64,000 bases of DNA from an uncultured Saprospiraceae bacterium (GTDB lineage Bacteria; Bacteroidota; Bacteroidia; Chitinophagales; Saprospiraceae). Below, in pieces: positions 20,601 to 27,268 of this stretch. The notes under the pieces are model-generated. The model made no database searches and was not told where the DNA came from. It worked only from the letters and a program-made list of their open reading frames with translations. Each line of letters opens with the position of its first letter. The first letter of the stretch is position 1. The DNA lies in assembly GCA_964525165.1 (NCBI GenBank), contig CAZGGG010000006.1, forward strand, positions 97 through 64,096, written 5' to 3'. Made by a program: the position numbers and the translations under genes.

Positions 20601-20671
20601 GTGCCGGCATTGATTATGGTTTCTACCCTGTACCCAGAACGTATATGCTAGGGTTTAATGCAAAATTCTAA
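17663..20671 (+). CDS. SusC/RagA-family TonB-dependent outer-membrane transporter
   Basis: 1002 aa. Signal peptide, a CarboxypepD_reg-like N-terminus (VSGTVLDAETGDPLIGVNI), a plug region (VVVGYGAQTKKEVTGSV, IRIRG), and a C-terminal beta-barrel ending GFNAKF. Confidence 0.95.
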   Translation: MKNLYYLAGLILLCGSAVLAQSNVSGTVLDAETGDPLIGVNISIASNPSAGTITDYNGSFTLNVNTGDTLVVSYIGYQTQYVPVTIGSPMNITLGSNSEVLDEVVVVGYGAQTKKEVTGSVGIVDAKTIEELNVTQVDQALQGQVAGVQITTNSGSPGSTANIRIRGISTNGDNRPLILVDGNVIEDLSVLNPSDIESIQVLKDATAGIYGVRAANGVVLITTKSGKFNQPLTIDFNAFGGIQETSRKLPVLNATQYGAIINEGFVNGGQAPPFNDLSQLGIGTDWQDEVFEAAPISNINLTASAGTEKISYSIGGSYLNQEGIVGPKKSNFERLTGRANVTANIIEPLKLEGSIIYTYSNRSTLPENTLGSVLFNAVNMAPTFSVRDADGNYTLAEGLGNEVVNPVAQIENTFNNSRVTRLSGRGALHYQIFEHLKFTSAFQFNRATVQGMNFFPEQFYGSGKVFNIDRNLLTTSDDLYQDYTWDNFLTYERKYGQHKVNFLLGSSAFQTEGFLAGFTGFDLPTNNFDDASIDDASEVIDNYINGGDRFDVRLLSYFTRLQYDFANKYLFTASLRRDGSSAFGPENRFGYFPTFSAGWVASEEGFLDNADWIDLLKLRASFGIIGNDRIDANAFRSLLNGEGAYVFNNEIIFGSSVGRLSNPEIKWEEQYSYNVGIDLSMLSERLTFGLEFFLRETRDLLVTAPVSGILGPGAPGSSAPLINAGTIQNRGIEFQAGYLWDLGKDHQLNFNFNVTALQNDVLSVNNGVGFIQGGAFGVGQSPPSRMEVGFPIGYFYGYKTDGVFQSAAELESHATQQDAGIGDLKFVDIDGDGAITEDDRTYLGDPIPDFLAGGSIQYKYRGFDLGVTVYGTFGNEVVRNYERVQPLTNKSAYSLDRWTGPNSTNEDPRQTIGATSNYLFSDYYVEDGSYLRIQNAQLGYNFSNVKWAKNIRVYVSVNNLFTFTRYRGYDPTASAGSPIGAGIDYGFYPVPRTYMLGFNAKF

Positions 20672-20675
20672 TTCC

Positions 20676-22133
20676 ATGAGAAATAAACTTTTAATTACCC
20701 TCTTAGCTGTTGCTTTGTTTGTACCTACATCTTGCAGTGATAATTATGTAGATGTGGATTCTTTTGATGAGAATTCTGAAAACTATTTTAATAGCGAGCA
20801 AGACTATCAGGATGCTTTGATTGCAGCTTATGATATGCTGCAATCTACTTATCTGAATGTCTTGTTAGGAGAGATTGCTTCAGATAATACGCTCGCCGGC
20901 GGAGAGTCTGCTACAGATGTGCCCGGTATCCAGGAGATTGATGATATGAGGCATACAGAAGTCAATCAACAACTACAGGATATTTGGAGTTGGATGTATG
21001 CAGGCATTAATCGGACGGACTATATACTAGAATTTCAGGATAAAACAGATTTTGAAGGCAAAGATGCTGTCATAGGGCAAACCAGATTTTTACGTGCATA
21101 TTACTACTTCGAGTTAGTGAAATGGTTTGGACCAGTTCCATTATCCAATGACGCCCGACTACAATTCGGTGCTCAGGATGTCATAGACAGATCATCCACA
21201 GAAGCTGTTTATCAATCCATCGAAGAGGATCTTCAAGAAGCGATAAGCTTGCTGACAAATGAAGATAAAGGAACAGGCCGTGCAACTAAGGCTGCTGCCC
21301 AGGCACTTTTGGGGAAAGTTTACTTATTCCAGAATAAATTTTCAGATGCAGCATCCGTATTAGGCGATGTGATCCTTTCTCAGGAGCATGATTTGATGGA
21401 GGACTTTAGTTTGATCTTTGAAAACGACTATGAAAATAACAAGGAGTCCGTTTTTGAAATTCAGTATACGGATAAAGAGGGAGCGGGCTTTGGATGCTTA
21501 CAGTGCAGTGAAGGAAATGTTGCAGTAGGTTTTAATGGCCCAAGGAATTATACGGGCCCGGCTTTTGAATCAGGCTTTAGTTTTAATGTACCAGTTCAAT
21601 CTTTATATGATTTATACGAAGAAGGAGATGTGAGACGGGACATTGGAATTTTAAACATAGTGAGTTGGGCAGACACCACAGGTGCGACTTATGCCGAAGG
21701 TTTCGAGCATACAGGATTTTTTAACCGGAAGTATATTCCGCGGCAAGGAGACCTGAATACAGGAGACCAAAATCTTACCAACCCAAATAATTATAGAGCT
21801 ATACGATATGCGGACGTACTATTGATGGCCGCAGAGGCCCTAAATAGAGGCGGAATTGACGATGGTCAAGCTTTAATCTATTTGAATCGCGTAAGAGAGC
21901 GGGCAGGTTTAGACCCGATTAATTTAGGAGGGGCTCAGCTGACAGAAGCCATATGGCAAGAAAGAAGATTGGAATTATCCGGCGAAGGGCATCGTTTCTT
22001 TGATTTGGTTAGAACGGAGCGTGCTCAGGATTTTATTGATGGATTTGAGGTAGGAAAGCATGAAATATTTCCTATTCCCAGAATTGAAATTGAATTAGCA
22101 GGCAATAGATGGATGCAAAATCCAGGCTATTAA
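20676..22133 (+). CDS. SusD/RagB-family outer-membrane lipoprotein
   Basis: Lipobox (FVPTSCS). It lies immediately after the SusC-like gene. The C-terminal motif reads ERRLELSGEGHRFFDLVR...IFPIP. The likely start is MRNKLL at 20676. Confidence 0.93.
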   Translation: MRNKLLITLLAVALFVPTSCSDNYVDVDSFDENSENYFNSEQDYQDALIAAYDMLQSTYLNVLLGEIASDNTLAGGESATDVPGIQEIDDMRHTEVNQQLQDIWSWMYAGINRTDYILEFQDKTDFEGKDAVIGQTRFLRAYYYFELVKWFGPVPLSNDARLQFGAQDVIDRSSTEAVYQSIEEDLQEAISLLTNEDKGTGRATKAAAQALLGKVYLFQNKFSDAASVLGDVILSQEHDLMEDFSLIFENDYENNKESVFEIQYTDKEGAGFGCLQCSEGNVAVGFNGPRNYTGPAFESGFSFNVPVQSLYDLYEEGDVRRDIGILNIVSWADTTGATYAEGFEHTGFFNRKYIPRQGDLNTGDQNLTNPNNYRAIRYADVLLMAAEALNRGGIDDGQALIYLNRVRERAGLDPINLGGAQLTEAIWQERRLELSGEGHRFFDLVRTERAQDFIDGFEVGKHEIFPIPRIEIELAGNRWMQNPGY

Positions 22134-22153
22134 TAATGATAAAACAAACAAAC

Positions 22154-24178
22154 ATGAAAAATATATTGGGACTCTTTTTGGCAGGAATCTTATTGCTGGG
22201 TACCTCTTGCAGAGAAGAGATTACAGACTATGCTTTTAATGAGATTTCTGCACCTTCTGAGGTGAGTGCGGCATTTGATATGGCTCAAGATGCTTCAGGA
22301 ACTGTCACCGTCACGCCTACTGCAGTAGGGGCTAACTTGTTTTCGGTGAATTTTGGTGATGGATCAGATGTTCAAGAAGTGATTCCGGGCGAAGGCGCAA
22401 CCCATACCTACGGGAGTGAAGGGGAATTTGAAATAAAGGTGATTGCTACCGGAATCACCGGATTAACCAGTGAGTTTACAAAAACGATAACCATTTCATT
22501 CCAGGCACCGGAAAACTTGAGCGTAGACCTAAGCATAGATCCTTTGGATCCATTTACAGTGGTTGTGACACCTACTGCTGACTTTGCATCGATGTACGAT
22601 GTCTCCTTTGGTATTACTGTTCAGGTGGACACAACTATTCTGGATGGTGAAAGCGTATCCTATACTTATCCTGATTTAGGGGTGTATGTGATTAGCGTTA
22701 CCGCAAAAGGGGCTAGTGCGACTACAATTACCGCAACGGACTCTATAGAGATATTAGGTGCCACAGATCCCATTTCGCTACCCATCGATTTCGAGAGTAC
22801 AGTCGTGAATTATAATTTTTTCTCTTTCGGTCCTGATGGGGATTTTACGACAGTCATCGATAACCCCGCTCCGGATGCCGTAAATACAAGTGAGAAAGTG
22901 GGATCTTTCTTGAAAGTCCAGGGATCCCAAGTTTGGGCCGGAACCGTTTGCACTTTAGGCGATCCCATAGATCTAAGCAGGGGCGATAAAATTTCTATGA
23001 AGGTGTGGTCTCCTAAAGAAGGAATTCCTGTTTTGTTTAAACTAGAAAATTTTGACAATCCGGACATCTTTTTTGAGGTCCAAGCGACCACGAATACCTC
23101 TGACGAGTGGGAGGAATTAGTATTTGATCTATCTATGATTGATGCTACTCAAAGCTATCAAAAAATTGCTGTGTTCTTTGATTTTGGAACGGCCGGAGAT
23201 GAGTCAAGGTATTATTTTGATGATATAGGATTCTTTCGTTCAAACCCTCCGGTAGGAGAGGATATTGAGGATTTCGAAGGTATGGCTCCTTCTTTTGAAG
23301 TATTTGGAAATGTAGATCCGGTTCAATTAATAGTAAATCCTGATGCCAGCGGTTCCAACACAAGCTCAACTGTGGCTCAGTTTACGAAAAATATGGGATC
23401 TGAACCTTGGGCAGGTAATTACTTTGAAATCAGCGAGCCGCTAGACTTGATGAGTAATTCTTGCCTGGCATTCCAGCTTTGGTCGCCTAAAAGTGGCATC
23501 ACCGTCAAGCTCAAGTTAGAGAATGCAGATGCATCCATTACACATGAAGTGGATGTGGTCAATACCACAGCGAATGCCTGGGAAGAGTTAGAATTTGATT
23601 TTTCCGAAGCACCTATGGCTGATTATGTAAGAATTGTAACTTTCTTTGAGTTTGGGACGCCGGGTGATGACGCACTTTATTACTTCGATCAATTCAAGTA
23701 TTGTGGTGCTAGTGGACCCCAAAAAACGCTATTGGAAGACTTTGAAATGGGGGGTGTCAGTTTTGAAAATTTTGGTAATATTGATACGATTGCCTTAATC
23801 TCGAACCCGGATGCCTCAGGTTTGAATACCACAGCCACCGTCGCCCAATTGACGAAAAATGCAGGTTCAGAACCCTGGGCCGGAGCCTTTTTCGAGAATG
23901 GCTCTACCTTCGCGAAAGCAGATTTTTCCGGCTTTGAATTTTTAAGCTGGGCACCCAAAAGTGGTATCACTGTGAAGTTGAAAATTGAGAATCAAGATGC
24001 TTCCATTACACATGAAGTAGATGTAGTCAATACTACAGCGAATGCTTGGGAACGACTGACCTATGATTTCTCAGAGGCTCCTGAAGCAGATTATGTCAGA
24101 GTCGTGGTCTTCTTCGATTTTGGGGTAGCCGGGGATGACTCTGCTTATTATTTTGACGAATTCTATACCATCCAATAA
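22154..24178 (+). CDS. Surface lipoprotein with two PKD-like modules and three tandem ~150-aa CBM-like modules (candidate surface glycan-binding protein)
   Basis: Lipobox (LLLGTSC). Two FGDG...Y..G.Y-type Ig/PKD-like modules are followed by three repeats. Each repeat contains NPDASG.NTS..V.....G...WAG, W.PK.GI.V..KLEN and YYFD. The position after SusD fits an SGBP. Confidence 0.8.
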   Translation: MKNILGLFLAGILLLGTSCREEITDYAFNEISAPSEVSAAFDMAQDASGTVTVTPTAVGANLFSVNFGDGSDVQEVIPGEGATHTYGSEGEFEIKVIATGITGLTSEFTKTITISFQAPENLSVDLSIDPLDPFTVVVTPTADFASMYDVSFGITVQVDTTILDGESVSYTYPDLGVYVISVTAKGASATTITATDSIEILGATDPISLPIDFESTVVNYNFFSFGPDGDFTTVIDNPAPDAVNTSEKVGSFLKVQGSQVWAGTVCTLGDPIDLSRGDKISMKVWSPKEGIPVLFKLENFDNPDIFFEVQATTNTSDEWEELVFDLSMIDATQSYQKIAVFFDFGTAGDESRYYFDDIGFFRSNPPVGEDIEDFEGMAPSFEVFGNVDPVQLIVNPDASGSNTSSTVAQFTKNMGSEPWAGNYFEISEPLDLMSNSCLAFQLWSPKSGITVKLKLENADASITHEVDVVNTTANAWEELEFDFSEAPMADYVRIVTFFEFGTPGDDALYYFDQFKYCGASGPQKTLLEDFEMGGVSFENFGNIDTIALISNPDASGLNTTATVAQLTKNAGSEPWAGAFFENGSTFAKADFSGFEFLSWAPKSGITVKLKIENQDASITHEVDVVNTTANAWERLTYDFSEAPEADYVRVVVFFDFGVAGDDSAYYFDEFYTIQ

Positions 24179-24185
24179 AATTGTA

Positions 24186-25088
24186 ATGATGACAATACTT
24201 AGATATATACCCGCACTGCTATTCCTTCTCGTCTTTGGATGTCAGGAACCGGTTGGTGAGTTAGATACTCTTGAAGTGCCTACGGCATTGGAATTAGACA
24301 TTATGGTGGATACCTCTGGTTCAGGCATTGTGAATTTTCAGGCAACAGCTCAAGGCGCCATGAGCTACCATTATTATTTTGGCAATGCACCCGGAGAAGA
24401 TCCGGTGGTGTCTATGGATGGTTCCGCCAGTAATACATACAGAAGGAATGGCCTGAATACCTATCGGGTGAAAGTTATCGCCTTTGGCAGAGCCGGTATC
24501 TCTTCCAGTGTAAGTGAAGAAATTGAAGTGCGTGTAGACTTCGAAGTGCCGACAGAAATTCTTACCCTTTTAACCGGAGGGTCCACTAAAACCTGGAACT
24601 GGAAATCTAGTGAACCAGGGCATTTAGGCGTGGGACCTGTTATAGATGGAGATGGTAATCCGGTTTCTGAGCCGATTTGGTATACGGCTGCACCTGAAGA
24701 AAAGGCGGAAGATGGTTGTCTCTATGAAGATGACTTAACGTTTACGTTGACAGATAATGGGAATGTGCTGTACCTACTCGATAACAAAGGCAGCACTTAT
24801 TTTCACGTAGACGAATTAGAAGGTGCCACAGGAATTCCATCTTCCGGTTCTGATGAATGTGCAGATTATACTGCTCCGGGTGAAAGCGTCGTTCTTTTTG
24901 CGGAAGCGGGCTCAGGTGTTTCCCCTTCAACCAACATACTCATGCAAATAGGAGGTAGTGGTTATATGAGTTACTATGTAAATAGCTCGGAATATGAAAT
25001 TATGTCGATTTCAGAGGACGAGCTGAGAGTCAGAACAATTCAGAACGGGGCTCTAGCTTGGTATCATATTTTTACTTCAGGAAACTGA
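24186..25088 (+). CDS. PUL-associated lipoprotein (PKD-like N-terminal module plus an unknown C-terminal module)
   Basis: Lipobox (LLVFGCQ). A PKD-like segment (YYFGNAPGE...NTYRVKVIAFG) is followed by a TKTWNWKS...WYTAAPEEK..CLYEDDLTF module. No catalytic motif was recognised. Confidence 0.72.
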   Translation: MMTILRYIPALLFLLVFGCQEPVGELDTLEVPTALELDIMVDTSGSGIVNFQATAQGAMSYHYYFGNAPGEDPVVSMDGSASNTYRRNGLNTYRVKVIAFGRAGISSSVSEEIEVRVDFEVPTEILTLLTGGSTKTWNWKSSEPGHLGVGPVIDGDGNPVSEPIWYTAAPEEKAEDGCLYEDDLTFTLTDNGNVLYLLDNKGSTYFHVDELEGATGIPSSGSDECADYTAPGESVVLFAEAGSGVSPSTNILMQIGGSGYMSYYVNSSEYEIMSISEDELRVRTIQNGALAWYHIFTSGN

Positions 25089-25475
25089 TAAAGGTCCATT
25101 AAGAATCCTTTTCATAAGATAGTGAGGGATGTATACTGAGGTAAGCTTATGAAAAAGTGAGGAAGTCATTTTTATCATATGCTGCCATCTCATATCCGTT
25201 ATGATGGATAAGCTGGATAAATCGATCTGTGACAATAGGTTGGTTAATTTTTGAGTGTGGACCGCTATCCATAAGGGTAGTCCTGAGTTGATTCATTGTG
25301 CTCAACTGATAAAAGGGATGGAGTTTTTGTTTCTTTTCCAATATGATAGAATATTAGGATCTCGTGTAGTTTTGAGAAACAAATACTCTTCCCTTTTTGT
25401 GTTTCAAACTTTTGAGTCATTTTAATACCATATGTATTTTAGAAGCTTGCCGGTTGCCTATAACAGACAAACAGA

Positions 25476-27065
25476 ATGATTGCAATTATTAGCTTTTTGG
25501 GTTTCATCGCACTAGTGGCCATCATTTCTTATGTCTCTAGTTTGAAGACAGATGAATCAAAGGCAGATGGGTTTTTCTTGGGAGGGAGAAGCTTGACTGC
25601 CGGAGTTGTAGCAGGCTCTCTATTATTGACCAACCTAAGCACCGAGCAGATTGTAGGGCTCAACGGGCAATCTTACAGTGAGGGTTTGTGGGTAATGGCA
25701 TGGGAAACCTTTGCTGCCTTGGCTCTTGTGATTACAGCTCTTTATTTGCTTCCGAGGTATTTGAAAATGGGCATCTCGACCATCCCGGAATTTCTGGAAA
25801 AGCGCTTTGATAAAACAACGAGGACCATGACCTCCTTGTTGTTTTTATCCGGCTATGCGATTATACTCCTTCCTATCGTCTTATACTCCGGGTCCTTAGC
25901 TATACTTACCATTTTTGAAATACCTGAGCGACTCGATATCTCGCATACACAGGCCATGTGGCTTTGCGTTTCGGGGATTGGTATAGTGGGTTCAGTGTAC
26001 GCACTTCTTGGAGGATTAAAGGCGGTTGCTGTGTCTGATACTGTCAATGCAATAGGACTTTTAATTGGCGGGCTATTGATCCCTTATTTTGGATTGCAAT
26101 ATCTGGGAGAGGGAGTGCTTTTCGAAGGATGGAACCGACTGGTAGAACAAGCACCTGAGAAACTATCTTCAATAGGGTCGAATGAATCAAGTGTACCCTT
26201 TGCAACCATTTTTACAGGGATGCTTTTGGTCCACTTATTTTATTGGGGGACTAATCAGGCCATCATTCAAAGGGCTTTGGGCGCCAAGAGTTTGAAAGAA
26301 GGACAAAAGGGCTTGTTGATAGCAGCCTTTTTTAAGTTGTTAGGCCCTCTGGTTGTTGTTTTACCCGGTATCATTGCCTATGAAATATTTCAAGGAGGTC
26401 TGACAATTCCTGATCAAGCTTATCCGGCCTTAGTCAAAGAAGTGTTACCTGTTGGGCTATTAGGCTTTTTTGCGGCTGTTTTATTTGGAGCTATTATGAG
26501 TTCATTCAATAGTGCTTTAAATAGTTCTGTTACGCTGTTTGGTCTCGATCTTTACAAAGCGCATATTCATCCACAAGCGAGTGAACAGGAAGTGGTTCGC
26601 AAGGGGAAGTGGTTTGGTCTGTTATTAGCCCTATTTTCAATATTGGTAGCTCCATTTATTGCTTATGCGCCGGACGGCTTGTTCAGCTATCTGCAAGAAG
26701 TAAATGGATGTTACAGCATTCCGATATTGTCGATTATTCTACTAGGGTACTTGAATAAACATATTTCTGCCTTAGCGGCAAAAGTAGGTCTGCTCAGTGG
26801 AGTAGTGCTTTACCTCATCAGTCAATTTGTGCTCAAACCGTATGTTTTTGGTGCAGACCATTATCCGCATTTTCTGCATGTGATGGCAATACTTTTTATT
26901 TTGAATATTGCGCTGATGTGGCTGATTTCTAAGTTCGCTCCCACAACGACTCCATTCGAAATTCAGTATACGAAACAAGTCGCCATTCGGCCTTATAAAA
27001 AGGCGAAACTAGCCTCCCTCATGGTATTATTTATTTTAACATTTATCTATATCTATTTCGCGTAA
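25476..27065 (+). CDS. Sodium:solute symporter (SSS family, SGLT-like)
   Basis: 529 aa with about 13-14 hydrophobic helices. Motifs FFLGGRSLTAGVVAGSLLLTNLSTEQIVG and YWGTNQAIIQRALGAKS are typical of SSS sugar symporters. Confidence 0.9.
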   Translation: MIAIISFLGFIALVAIISYVSSLKTDESKADGFFLGGRSLTAGVVAGSLLLTNLSTEQIVGLNGQSYSEGLWVMAWETFAALALVITALYLLPRYLKMGISTIPEFLEKRFDKTTRTMTSLLFLSGYAIILLPIVLYSGSLAILTIFEIPERLDISHTQAMWLCVSGIGIVGSVYALLGGLKAVAVSDTVNAIGLLIGGLLIPYFGLQYLGEGVLFEGWNRLVEQAPEKLSSIGSNESSVPFATIFTGMLLVHLFYWGTNQAIIQRALGAKSLKEGQKGLLIAAFFKLLGPLVVVLPGIIAYEIFQGGLTIPDQAYPALVKEVLPVGLLGFFAAVLFGAIMSSFNSALNSSVTLFGLDLYKAHIHPQASEQEVVRKGKWFGLLLALFSILVAPFIAYAPDGLFSYLQEVNGCYSIPILSIILLGYLNKHISALAAKVGLLSGVVLYLISQFVLKPYVFGADHYPHFLHVMAILFILNIALMWLISKFAPTTTPFEIQYTKQVAIRPYKKAKLASLMVLFILTFIYIYFA

Positions 27066-27228
27066 TGAAACCCGCTGAGCGACTCTTGAAGTGTAATGCT
27101 CAAATATTTGAGTGCTAGGATTTGAAAATGATTTCATTATATATATATGAATGACATATGCGTTTTGTAACTGATTTTTATCATTTTTTACTTTGATGAG
27201 AATCATTCTTCAAAAAAGTGCCCTCATA

Positions 27229-27236
27229 TATATTTG
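27229..27236 (+). promoter_or_regulatory. Candidate -7 promoter box (TATATTTG matches TAnnTTTG)
   Basis: Exact consensus match 33 nt upstream of the ATG at 27269, in a 203-nt AT-rich intergenic region. Confidence 0.35.
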
Positions 27237-27268
27237 AATAACACGAGTAACAGGGTAATTTATTCTAT

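Noticed and set aside
25147-25341. 64-aa minus-strand ORF in the PUL gap
   Set aside because: No recognisable motif, no obvious promoter or RBS context, and an isolated orientation. It is kept only as a possible remnant and not called as a gene.
27099-27147. 14-bp perfect palindrome CTCAAATATTTGAG and a short (TA)5 tract after the symporter gene
   Set aside because: The palindrome can form only a 5-bp stem and has no U-tract. The TA tract is too short to count as a microsatellite. Both are consistent with an ordinary AT-rich intergenic or promoter region.
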